A stretch of DNA of 64,000 bases from an uncultured Lachnospiraceae bacterium (GTDB lineage: Bacteria > Bacillota > Clostridia > Lachnospirales > Lachnospiraceae), in assembly GCA_910588125.1 (NCBI GenBank), contig CAJUPI010000004.1:34591-98590 (forward strand), read 5' to 3'. A program made the position numbers and the translations under genes. Under the pieces are notes generated by a model. That model made no database searches, had not been told where the DNA came from, and saw only the letters and a program-made list of their open reading frames with translations. Within the stretch, counting starts at the first letter, position 1; the number at the start of each line of letters is the position of its first letter. Positions 1-9,005 of the stretch are shown here, one piece after another.

Positions 1-511
1 GATCAACGCTATTTTGAGTTCAGTTCAGCTTTCGTTTTCCAATGATTTAAAAAGAAATTCTTCCTTAATGATGCTGCTGGCGCTGCTGGTGGAGAATTAT
101 AACCATGATTATATCAACCAGAAAAGCGGTGCCGGCCGTTATGACTACAGCAGCAACGTCTATGTGGAGCAGGCCATCGATTATGTGAAGTGGAAGCACA
201 GCTATGGTATCAATGTGACGGATATCGCCGATTATGTGGGGATCAGCCGTACATATTTAAACCATGTATTTCAGAAGGAGTTGGGGCTTTCGGCGCAAAA
301 ATTTCTGATGGATTTTCGTCTGCACAAGGCGGCGAATCTGCTGATTTCCACGGAGCTACCGGTGACGGAGGTTTCAGCTGCCGTGGGCTATGAGGATTCG
401 CTGGCTTTTTCCAAGGCATTTAAGAAAAAGTTTGAGCTGAGCCCGAAGAATTACCGCAGCCATAAGGAAAAGATGGATCAGTTTACGGAGAAGCAGCCGT
501 CTATCGAGTGA
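1..511 (+). CDS. AraC-family transcriptional regulator, C-terminal part (5' end lies upstream of the window)
   Basis: Reading frame is open to the window edge; two AraC-type HTH helices (YVGISRTYLNHVFQKELG ... LPVTEVSAAVGYEDSLAFSKAFKKKF). Confidence 0.75.
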   Translation, partial: INAILSSVQLSFSNDLKRNSSLMMLLALLVENYNHDYINQKSGAGRYDYSSNVYVEQAIDYVKWKHSYGINVTDIADYVGISRTYLNHVFQKELGLSAQKFLMDFRLHKAANLLISTELPVTEVSAAVGYEDSLAFSKAFKKKFELSPKNYRSHKEKMDQFTEKQPSIE

Positions 512-521
512 GGACGAGGTT

Positions 522-1424
522 ATGGAACAGTCGTTTGTATTACAGCTGACCAACCGGCAGATTCAGGATTTCTATCTGTGTTTTTGTGGCTATGAGAAGT
601 GCGACAGGTATCAGAGCTTTGGGCCGGCGGTGCGGCCAAACTATGTGGTTCATTATATCCTGGAGGGGGAAGGGGACTATGTGGTGGAGGACAGGCGCTA
701 CCGCCTTAAGGCTGGCCAGGGCTTTCTGATTGAACCGAATACGGTGACTTTTTATAAGGCGAATCCGGATAATCCCTGGACTTATGTCTGGGTGGGGTTT
801 TCCGGCCCACGTGCGCCGGAGTACCTGTATCGCCTGGGTTACAACCACAATCATCTAATTTTCCAGAATGCAGACCAGGAGCGGATGCGGAGCCTGGTCT
901 TTGAGATGCTGCGCCATAATAAGAACAGTTTGCGCGATGAATTTTATCTGCATGGCCTGTTTTATGAGTTTATTTCATATATGATCAGTGAGGAGCAGAC
1001 GCAGCAATATGAGCCGGAATGCCATCGGGAGAATGTCAACCGTTATCTGCGGCAGGCGGTGGCCTATATCCAGCGGCATTTTTCGGAGGGGCTGCAGGTG
1101 GCGGATATTGCCCGGGAGGTAGCGGTGAGCCGGGTATATCTGTATCAGATATTTAATGAGACTCTGGGGATTTCGCCAAAGGAGTATCTGACGAATTTCT
1201 GTATTACCCGCGCCACAGAATTGCTGACCTTGAGCGGGCAGCCGGTGGAGGAGGTGGCGGAGAGCTGCGGATTTAAGAACCCGGCGGCGTTTTCCGCGAT
1301 TTTTAAGAGAAGAATGGGAGTTACACCGACGAAGTATCGAAGCTCAGTACCGGCGATTTACAGAGAACGCCTGCAAAGAGAGCTGCAGAGTTTGTGCAGC
1401 AATGCGGACAGTGAGGTACATTAA
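522..1424 (+). CDS. AraC-family transcriptional regulator (cupin-like sugar-binding N-domain plus HTH), likely regulator of the divergent alpha-galactosidase
   Basis: 300 aa; GAGG RBS before ATG; C-terminal AraC HTH (ADIAREVAVSRVYLYQIF ... LLTLSGQPVEEVAESCGFKNPAAFSAIFKRRMGVTP). Confidence 0.8.
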   Translation: MEQSFVLQLTNRQIQDFYLCFCGYEKCDRYQSFGPAVRPNYVVHYILEGEGDYVVEDRRYRLKAGQGFLIEPNTVTFYKANPDNPWTYVWVGFSGPRAPEYLYRLGYNHNHLIFQNADQERMRSLVFEMLRHNKNSLRDEFYLHGLFYEFISYMISEEQTQQYEPECHRENVNRYLRQAVAYIQRHFSEGLQVADIAREVAVSRVYLYQIFNETLGISPKEYLTNFCITRATELLTLSGQPVEEVAESCGFKNPAAFSAIFKRRMGVTPTKYRSSVPAIYRERLQRELQSLCSNADSEVH

Positions 1425-1425
1425 A

Positions 1426-1590
1426 ATGAATGAGGGCGTTGCCAAACAAACCGCCCGTCATTTCTCTATCCTGTGTCCGGTTGTTCACGAGCATACGGTC
1501 TGATATTGGCGGACGTTGTCCGTTAAGGGCAGGCTGTGTGTACGTGAGCCATCCGAACATAAGATAAGAGAAGTGGCGGGCTTTTGCTTC
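1426..1590. repeat. Palindromic intergenic repeat element, copy A (terminal inverted arms CCGCCCGTCATTTCTCTATCCTGTGTCCGG / CCATCCGAACATAAGATAAGAGAAGTGGCGGG followed by CTTTTGC)
   Basis: Lies between convergent genes; near-identical copy in inverted orientation at 50533-50690 and partial copies at 52400-52455 and 37647-37680. Confidence 0.7.
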
Positions 1591-1603
1591 CGGCATCATG
1601 CTG

Positions 1604-3844
1604 TTAGTTATTATTGGCTGTCAGAACATAGAGCTTTGACCAGAAATCGGTGCAGATTTCAAAGTCATCCTCCGGCTGGCCGCTGGTGGGCTGTCCGGCA
1701 GAGGCGTCAGTGGTGATGAGGCCTAAGTTCATCAGTTCGTCGCCGCCGTGGCACGTGCCTGTCTGGTCTACGCGATAAACCTTTTTGGGATCCAAGCCTT
1801 TTAAGCGGAGACGCCGGTATTCGCAGTTGACATCATTGAGTATCTTGTAGTAGCCTACGATGGCAGTTCTCTGATCTTCGGATACTACCATCCAGGCGGC
1901 GATATTATGTTCAAAGGGACTCTGCAGCCGGTAGAAAGTACCGAACTGAATGACAGAGCGGTAACGCTTCATGAAACGAATCTGTTCCCGAACCAGTTCC
2001 CGTTCCTCACCGGTCAGCTTTTGCAAATCCAGCTCATAGCCGAAAGCGCCGAAGAAGGCCACATTGCCCCGGGTGGACAAAGGAGTGATACGGTTTAGCT
2101 GGTGGTTGGGCACAGCAGATACATGGGCGCCCATACTGACTACCGGGTAGCCGAAGCTGGTGCCGTACTGGATTTTGATTCGTTCTGCAGCATCAGAATC
2201 ATCGCTGGTCCAGCACTGAGGAGCATAGTAAAGCATTCCGGCATCGAACCGGGCGCCGCCGGAAGCGCAGGACTCGAACAAGATATGAGGGAAGTTCTGG
2301 ATTAGCCGCTCATACAAGGAGTATAGGCCCAACACATAGCGATGGAATACTTCGCCCTGCCGTTCAGGAGCCAGAGCCAGGGAATAGCATTCGGTGATGG
2401 AACGGTTCATGTCCCACTTAATATAAGAAACCTTGGATTCAGAAAGGATCGCGGATATCATCTCATAAATATGGTCAACCACCTCGGCGCGGGAAAAATC
2501 CAGTACATATTGGTGCCGTCCGTGGGACAGGGAGCGTCCGGGTGTCTGAATCAGCCAATCGGGATGGGCGCGATAGAGGTCGCTGTCCATATTGGCCATC
2601 TCAAGCTCTACCCACAGGCCGAATTTCATGCCCAGGGCCTCGATTTTTTCCGACAGGCCCTTGATGCCGTTTGGCAGACGTTCTGTGTTGGCGTACCAGT
2701 CGCCGAGGCCCGCATAGTCATTGCTGCGGGCGCCGAACCAGCCATCATCCAGCACAAACAGCTCCACGCCGTCTGCCTTGGCAGCCCTGGCAATTTCTAC
2801 AAGCTTGTCCTCGTTGAAGTCAAAGTAGGTCGCTTCCCAGTTGTTCAAAAGGATCGGCCGGACCTTGTCCCGCCATTCTCCTCTGGCCAGGCGGCTGCGG
2901 TACAGGCGGTGGAAGGTCTGGCTCATACCGTTTAAACCGTTGCGGGAGTAGACGGTTACAGCCTCCGGTGTCTGGAACTTTTCGCCGGGCGCTAAGTGCC
3001 AGGTAAAGCCAAAGGGATTGATGCCCAACATAACGCGGGTTACATTATAGGTATCCACCTCGGCCTGGGCCAGAAAGTTGCCGCTGTATACCAGGGAAAA
3101 GCCCATCACCTCACCCTGGAATTCGTCTGCCGTGGGCCGTTTCAGCACGATAAAGGGATTATGAGTGTTGCTGGAGTGGCCACGGGTGCTGCTGACAGAC
3201 TGGATGCCCTGTTCCAGGCGGCGGGTCTTCACCTGGCGCTCTCTCGACCAGGCGCCGGAAAATTGAATCCAGTCATAATCGCAGTCCGGCAGATCCAGGC
3301 TGACGCTCATGGCCCTGGTGATGTCAAAGGAGTCTTGGGTGGGATTTTCAAACCGGGCACTTCTGGCGATGACTCCTTCATTGTTAAAAATAGTGTAGAG
3401 AAGGATCAGCTGCAGGCCCAGCAGTTCGTCCTTTAAGGTCACTTCGAGAGTGTCGGCTTCCTCCATTGATTCGGTGTAAGTGGCAGGCAACCCTTCCAAA
3501 ACAGGCTTGCCGGGATAAATACGGTGGGACTGGTAGGTAAAATTGGTGATGCGGCTGCCGTTGTGCTGGAGAATCTCCATAGCGGGAAGCTTGAAGTCCG
3601 TAGTGCCGTAGACGGGATACTCCTGCTTGATGTGTTCTAAAGAGAAGGAATAGCCTTCGGACTGATAAGAAGCCATAGGACGATAGCAGGACTCAAGCAA
3701 GTGGTCAAAATCGGGCCGGTCGCTGATTCTGGCTCCAAAATACAGCTGGCCCAGGTGACCGTTGTCCAGAATTTTTATAATGTAGCTGATTGTTTCGTTG
3801 TACAGGTGAAACTCTCTTGCAGCTTCATGAAAAAGGATTGCCAT
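1604..3844 (-). CDS. Alpha-galactosidase, glycoside hydrolase family 36 (melibiase/raffinose-type)
   Basis: 746 aa from the ATG at 3844 (GGAGG RBS); GH36 catalytic region motifs (KFGLWVELEMANMDSDLYRAHPDWL, FVLDDGWFG, CASGGARFD). The track ORF is extended upstream to 3976. Confidence 0.85.
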   Translation of the reverse strand: MAILFHEAAREFHLYNETISYIIKILDNGHLGQLYFGARISDRPDFDHLLESCYRPMASYQSEGYSFSLEHIKQEYPVYGTTDFKLPAMEILQHNGSRITNFTYQSHRIYPGKPVLEGLPATYTESMEEADTLEVTLKDELLGLQLILLYTIFNNEGVIARSARFENPTQDSFDITRAMSVSLDLPDCDYDWIQFSGAWSRERQVKTRRLEQGIQSVSSTRGHSSNTHNPFIVLKRPTADEFQGEVMGFSLVYSGNFLAQAEVDTYNVTRVMLGINPFGFTWHLAPGEKFQTPEAVTVYSRNGLNGMSQTFHRLYRSRLARGEWRDKVRPILLNNWEATYFDFNEDKLVEIARAAKADGVELFVLDDGWFGARSNDYAGLGDWYANTERLPNGIKGLSEKIEALGMKFGLWVELEMANMDSDLYRAHPDWLIQTPGRSLSHGRHQYVLDFSRAEVVDHIYEMISAILSESKVSYIKWDMNRSITECYSLALAPERQGEVFHRYVLGLYSLYERLIQNFPHILFESCASGGARFDAGMLYYAPQCWTSDDSDAAERIKIQYGTSFGYPVVSMGAHVSAVPNHQLNRITPLSTRGNVAFFGAFGYELDLQKLTGEERELVREQIRFMKRYRSVIQFGTFYRLQSPFEHNIAAWMVVSEDQRTAIVGYYKILNDVNCEYRRLRLKGLDPKKVYRVDQTGTCHGGDELMNLGLITTDASAGQPTSGQPEDDFEICTDFWSKLYVLTANNN

Positions 3845-4063
3845 GTGATGTACCTCCGTTTTTGTCAGATTACACTCTGCCGGGGAGGGATTGGACAGAC
3901 AGATTTGCCCAAACGATAGCCTTTGGCGAGTGCTGTTACATGTGTAGTGTCTGCTTGTCTGTGGTGCCTGTGTCATTTTTCGGTGTAGCTTTATTATAGC
4001 GGAAGGAGGATTTTTGAAAAGGTGGTTATGTATGGGAAAATATCAAAAATGTTAACTGCTTCA

Positions 4064-4402
4064 TTATTGGCTTTTCGTGTTGCCTTTGTATTCCTTTTCT
4101 CCCGCACATTTATGTTCTTTAAATGCTTTTCTGCCATTAAACAGCCTGATTAAAAGTTCATCGGATGCTTCATTCAGCCTCTCATGCTCTGCTTTGACCT
4201 TATCACACATTTCACTGATATTATAATCTTCAACATTTACGATTACATTCATGCTTGTTTTTCGATAATCGCCTCCCTGTACTGTGTATATTTGAAATAT
4301 CTCAAATTCTTCTTTCGTCTTCTCTGCCCCTGCAAATATTAATAATGCCAAAATAATACTGATGCATAATATGAAATTGCATATGATTCCTGTCTTTTTC
4401 AT
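4064..4402 (-). CDS. Small hypothetical protein with N-terminal signal anchor / TM helix
   Basis: 112 aa; AGGAGG RBS; N-terminal hydrophobic segment IICNFILCISIILALLIFAG; no recognizable domain. Confidence 0.45.
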   Translation of the reverse strand: MKKTGIICNFILCISIILALLIFAGAEKTKEEFEIFQIYTVQGGDYRKTSMNVIVNVEDYNISEMCDKVKAEHERLNEASDELLIRLFNGRKAFKEHKCAGEKEYKGNTKSQ

Positions 4403-4502
4403 GTATTTACCTCCTGCTACTTAAATTATAAGTATATTCCCATATCTTTGGCAATATTAATTGCAAAAGATTCTTTGTAAAATCGTAGTAAGTGAGGTGA
4501 TT

Positions 4503-4703
4503 ATGATTACGTTTGAACCCTTTTGGAAAACCCTTAAAGATAGACAGATTTCTCAGTATGATCTGATAAACAGCTATAACATGAGCAGAGGTATGTTAGA
4601 CAATCTCAAACATAATAGAAGTATTACGCTTAACACTTTGAATCAGCTTTGCAAAACTTTTGATTGTGACATTTCAGATATTATTATCTATAAAAAGGAT
4701 TGA
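4503..4703 (+). CDS. Small Cro/C1-type (HTH_26/XRE-like) DNA-binding protein
   Basis: 66 aa from ATG 4503 (GTGAGGTGA RBS); HTH core ISQYDLINSYNMSRGMLDNLKHNRSITLNTLNQLCKTFDCDISDI. Confidence 0.6.
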   Translation: MITFEPFWKTLKDRQISQYDLINSYNMSRGMLDNLKHNRSITLNTLNQLCKTFDCDISDIIIYKKD

Positions 4704-4875
4704 AGGGACTGTTGCAAAAGCAGGGAAATGGCCTGCAAATGCAAGGGTTCTTTTTATTTCGCCGGAAGAAATTTTTGCCCAGTGCATTTTCTCTTTACAA
4801 ACCAATCCGTAAATCGTATACTGAGATGGAATAAAAATGAATGCCGCAGCAAGGCGTGAGAGGAGAGGAATTGTT

Positions 4876-5715
4876 ATGGAACGAATGAAAAACCTGGCTT
4901 ATTATAATGGAAGGATTACTTCAATCGAAGATATGATGATACCGGCCAATGACAGGGGATTTTATTTTGGTGATGGTATTTATGAGGTGGCGATGGTATT
5001 TAATCACAAGATTTTTGCTTTGGAGGATCATTTAGACAGAATGGCAAGCAGCGCTGCTTTGGTAAGGATTGAACTGCCAGCGGCGAAGGAGGAGATTGGC
5101 CGCCTGCTCGGAGAGCTGGCACTTAAGGTGGAAAGCCCGTGCCAGTTTTTGTATTGGCAGATTACACGGGCATCATCGCCGAGAAATCACTTATTTCCGG
5201 AAGGGGTTGCCAGTAATCTCTATGTGTACAGCAAACCCTGGAAGGGTGTGGAGATGTCAGATGAATATCGCTTGATGACCGTGGAGGATACCCGTTTTCT
5301 TCATTGCAATATCAAGACGCTGAATCTGCTTCCGAATGTCATGGCGGCTCAGAAGGCGAAGGAGGCCGGATGCAGTGAAGCGGTCTTTGTCCGTGACGGG
5401 TATGTGACCGAGGGTTCTCATTCTAATATTTCCATGATAAAGGACGGGGTATTTGTTACACATCCTCTGGATCATTTCATTCTTCCGGGGACGGAGCGGA
5501 AGCATATGATCCGGTATTGCCGGGAGCTGGGCGTTTTGGTGGAGGAGCGGGCGTTTACTGTGGAAGAGCTGGCAGAAGCAGATGAGATTATCGTGTCCAG
5601 CACCAGCCACCCAAGCATGCGCGCCATGGAACTAGACGGGAGAGCCGTGGGAATGAAGAATCCGGAGCTGGTGAAAAAACTGAGAGATAAATATATGGAA
5701 GAGATTGCGGGATAA
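4876..5715 (+). CDS. dat: D-alanine (D-amino acid) aminotransferase, PLP fold type IV
   Basis: N-terminal DRGFYFGDGIYEV motif matches Dat (B. subtilis DRGYQFGDGIYEV); AGGAGAGG RBS before ATG 4876. Confidence 0.8.
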   Translation: MERMKNLAYYNGRITSIEDMMIPANDRGFYFGDGIYEVAMVFNHKIFALEDHLDRMASSAALVRIELPAAKEEIGRLLGELALKVESPCQFLYWQITRASSPRNHLFPEGVASNLYVYSKPWKGVEMSDEYRLMTVEDTRFLHCNIKTLNLLPNVMAAQKAKEAGCSEAVFVRDGYVTEGSHSNISMIKDGVFVTHPLDHFILPGTERKHMIRYCRELGVLVEERAFTVEELAEADEIIVSSTSHPSMRAMELDGRAVGMKNPELVKKLRDKYMEEIAG

Positions 5716-5769
5716 AGGTGCGGCTTTGATTTAAGAAGCATCCAGATAAAAGGAGTATGTTATAAAGAA

Positions 5770-7386
5770 ATGAAGGGAAATTGCAAAAGCAAAAGGATCC
5801 GCTGGGACAAAGTGCTTTTATCTATGGTTCTTTGGCATTTGGCATTTTATCTGGTTGGCTGTGTTGCCAAGGAAGAAGAATCCCGCTATCCAGAGGTGGA
5901 AAAATATCTGTTTGACAGATTTGAAGTCCTGGGTAAGTATAGCGGCAATTACTATATTGAGGAGATATCAGAAAACGGAGAAGTTTATTACCGGGTTACC
6001 GAGAAGGAGGGGGAGAAGCTGGAATTTCGTGTGTTCCCGGTGGGAGATGAGTACACAAAGGCCGGCTTTGATGATACTTGCCCGGTGGCCTTTGTGATGA
6101 AAAAGGCCGGGGAGACGGGGCTTGTGCTGGAGCCGGGAGATGGGGAAAAGGAGCTGGTAGCCACAATCGATGGTTATGGGGAGATAGAAGAGCTGGCAGA
6201 AAAGCTGGCTCGGATCGCCGGGGCTTATGAGAAGGCCGGGCTGCCGGCCCGGTTTACCTCAGGGACAAAGGGAGATGGCTGGAACTGTGCGGATATCCGG
6301 GTGGAGATACGTGGATTTTCACCAGAGGGATATGAGCCGGGGGTGATTCATATTCCGGACAACATTAACGGAATCCATGGCAAGGAGGAAATACAGAAGT
6401 ATTTGCAGGCCAATTATCTCACCTATATGTATCGGTATTATCTGGGAGAAATTCCCGGGGAAGTGCCGAAGGAAAGCCTTCGGATAGCCGAAGGAGAACC
6501 GGATGGCATTACTGTGGAATCCGGAGAGAGGGTAACGGAGTATCCCAATCTGGAATATGATGATCTTTATTTTGCGCAAGTGTACCACTTGGCCTGTGAG
6601 GAGGGCTGGGAGGTTACGGCGGAGGAAAACTCTTTTACCATCACGGCAGAGGGGCAGGCGTATCGCTTTGAACTGGTTTTTGAGGAAAGGGATGCCGCCG
6701 ACATATCAGAGAGCGAGTTGTATTTTGGGCGTCGGGAACCACGGGGGCATGCCTTGAATTGTGAGCCCGCCGTTTATTGGTATCCGGCAGAAGGGGAGGG
6801 CCGGATGCCTGCCAGTTCAGAGAAGGCCAGGGACAAGGCAAGCATTTCGGCAGATATCTTGGAACAGATTACCGGAGCCAGACTAGAATCCGGGTTGCGG
6901 TATTTAGATGAGGAGGAACGGATCCGGGAGATTCAGGATGAGGTGGATGGATATCTTCTTCGTTCGGATGTGAAGCAGATCGGAGAAAGTGCCGAGATTG
7001 CCGGCTGGCATATCACTTTGAAACAGACAGAAGCAAAGAAACGGATAGAAGAAGGCGATTGGTATTTGGAGGCGGATGAGGGCAAGATTTTTGTGCTTTT
7101 TAATCTCGAGGTAGAGAATCAGACAACGCAGAAACAGTATTTGTTTGAAAGTGTGGTTACTCCGGAGGAGCTGCAGGCGAGACTGATAAGTTCAGGCGGC
7201 CACCGGGATATTCCGACAGAGGTGCTTTATCTGGAATCCGATATGATAAATCGCAGGATGGAACCGGGCGAGGTGGCTCGTGGCAATTTGATATTCCATA
7301 TGGATGAAAACATTCTTCAGGAAGATGAAACGGTATTCCTGGTGCTCCATACAGAAGATGAGAGCCAGGTTTTCCGGATTCAGTAA
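5770..7386 (+). CDS. Lipoprotein of unknown function, paralog 1 of a tandem pair
   Basis: 538 aa; signal peptide with lipobox LVGC; about 45-50% identical to the downstream gene with colinear conserved blocks. Confidence 0.7.
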   Translation: MKGNCKSKRIRWDKVLLSMVLWHLAFYLVGCVAKEEESRYPEVEKYLFDRFEVLGKYSGNYYIEEISENGEVYYRVTEKEGEKLEFRVFPVGDEYTKAGFDDTCPVAFVMKKAGETGLVLEPGDGEKELVATIDGYGEIEELAEKLARIAGAYEKAGLPARFTSGTKGDGWNCADIRVEIRGFSPEGYEPGVIHIPDNINGIHGKEEIQKYLQANYLTYMYRYYLGEIPGEVPKESLRIAEGEPDGITVESGERVTEYPNLEYDDLYFAQVYHLACEEGWEVTAEENSFTITAEGQAYRFELVFEERDAADISESELYFGRREPRGHALNCEPAVYWYPAEGEGRMPASSEKARDKASISADILEQITGARLESGLRYLDEEERIREIQDEVDGYLLRSDVKQIGESAEIAGWHITLKQTEAKKRIEEGDWYLEADEGKIFVLFNLEVENQTTQKQYLFESVVTPEELQARLISSGGHRDIPTEVLYLESDMINRRMEPGEVARGNLIFHMDENILQEDETVFLVLHTEDESQVFRIQ

Positions 7387-7397
7387 CGGAGGAGATT

Positions 7398-8996
7398 ATG
7401 AAAAAGAACAGGAAAAGCGAGAGATATTTTTGGAAGAATGTGATTTTGGCAATTGCTTTTTGGGGCCTGGCAGCCTGCCTTGGCGGATGTTCTGCCATGG
7501 AGGGAAAATCTTCTTATCCGGAGGTGGAGCAGTATCTGAAAAACCGATATGGCGGCAAATTTCAGATCGAGCAGGTGGCCGGGGACGGGGCGGAAATCTC
7601 TTACCGGGTGGTACAAAAGGATGGAGAAAAGCTGGAGTTTGAAGTCTATCCTGTGGGGAAGGAGTACACCAATAAGGGTTTTGATGATACCTGCCCGGTG
7701 GCCTTTGTGATGAAAAAGGCCGGGGAGACGGGGCTTGTGCTGGAGCCGGGAGAGGGGGAGAAGGAATTAATAGCTACTGTGGATGGGTATGAAGAGCTTG
7801 GGGCACTGGCAGAGAAGCTGGCTCAGATCGCGGATGCCTATGAAAAGGCTGGTCTTCCGGCTAAGTTTACCACCGGAACGGTGGGAGACGGCTGGAACAG
7901 CGCGAATATCCGGGTGGAGATCCGGGGGTTTGCGCCCGAGGGCTACCAGCCAGGGATAATCCGTATTCCGGACAGCGTTACCGGATTTCACGATAAAGAG
8001 TCTATGCAGTGGTATCTGGAAACCAATTACCTGACCTTTTTGAAACGGTATGTTCTGGAAGAGATTCCGGCAGGGATACCAAAGGAGGCATTTCAGGAGA
8101 TAAGAGGGGATGCCAGTGGAATAACGGTTATCAATGGGGAGGAGACGAGAGAATATCCGGAGCTGGATTACCATCATCTCTATTTTGCAGAGGTTTACCG
8201 TCTGGCAAAAAGGGAGGGCTGGGAGCCGGTGGCGGATGAAAATGGCTTTACGATTGCCAGAGGAGAAGAGAATTACCGTTTTGAGCTGGTGTTTGAGGAG
8301 CGGGAAGATATAAAAAATCAGGAGAAATATAAGTATTCCGGGAGCTGGGAGCCTCTGGGCCATGCAGCCGGCCAGGAGCCGGTGGTTTACTGCTTTATGG
8401 CAGGCGAAGAAGAAAAAATGCCAGCCAGTTCCGATTATACCGCGGATAAGGGTGGGATTTCAGTGGATATCCTGGAGCAGATTACCGGAACCACGATAGA
8501 ATCTGGTTTAAAGCTTCAGGACGCGCAAGAGCGGATCCAGGAAATTCAGGAGGAAGCGGACGGGTATCTGCTTCGCTCAGATGCGAAGGCATTGGGTGAA
8601 AGCGTTGAAATTGCGGGCTGGCGTATTACCTTAAACCAGGTGGAAGAAAAGAAACGGCTGGAAACCAGTTCGATGTATTATGAGGCGGATGAGGGTAAAA
8701 TTTTTGTGCGTCTGAATATGGAGGTGGAAAACCTGGGGACGGAAAAGGCGCCTTTTCTCAAGACGATTGTTACTGGCGACGATCTGCTGATACATCTGGT
8801 AAGCTCGGGGGGCCATCGTTATATACCTGTGGATTTGATTGGAATGTCAGATCTGACAAGCGCCTCGGTGGAGCCGAGTGGCGTGGAAAGCGGCGGGCTG
8901 ATTTTTCATATTGCGGAGGATATTTTACAACAGGATGAATATATTTTCCTGGTGTTTAAGGCCGGGGAGGAAAGCAGGCTTTTTAGAATTAAGTAG
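7398..8996 (+). CDS. Lipoprotein of unknown function, paralog 2 of a tandem pair
   Basis: 532 aa; GGAGGAG RBS; signal peptide with lipobox LGGC; shares a 74-bp near-identical nucleotide patch with paralog 1. Confidence 0.7.
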   Translation: MKKNRKSERYFWKNVILAIAFWGLAACLGGCSAMEGKSSYPEVEQYLKNRYGGKFQIEQVAGDGAEISYRVVQKDGEKLEFEVYPVGKEYTNKGFDDTCPVAFVMKKAGETGLVLEPGEGEKELIATVDGYEELGALAEKLAQIADAYEKAGLPAKFTTGTVGDGWNSANIRVEIRGFAPEGYQPGIIRIPDSVTGFHDKESMQWYLETNYLTFLKRYVLEEIPAGIPKEAFQEIRGDASGITVINGEETREYPELDYHHLYFAEVYRLAKREGWEPVADENGFTIARGEENYRFELVFEEREDIKNQEKYKYSGSWEPLGHAAGQEPVVYCFMAGEEEKMPASSDYTADKGGISVDILEQITGTTIESGLKLQDAQERIQEIQEEADGYLLRSDAKALGESVEIAGWRITLNQVEEKKRLETSSMYYEADEGKIFVRLNMEVENLGTEKAPFLKTIVTGDDLLIHLVSSGGHRYIPVDLIGMSDLTSASVEPSGVESGGLIFHIAEDILQQDEYIFLVFKAGEESRLFRIK

Positions 8997-9005
8997 GAGG
9001 ATGCT

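Noticed and set aside
3845-3976. N-terminal 44-codon extension of the alpha-galactosidase ORF in the track
   Set aside because: The internal ATG at 3844 is preceded by a GGAGG RBS at ideal spacing and begins the conserved GH36 N-terminus (MAILFHEAAREFHLYNE). The upstream extension has no RBS.
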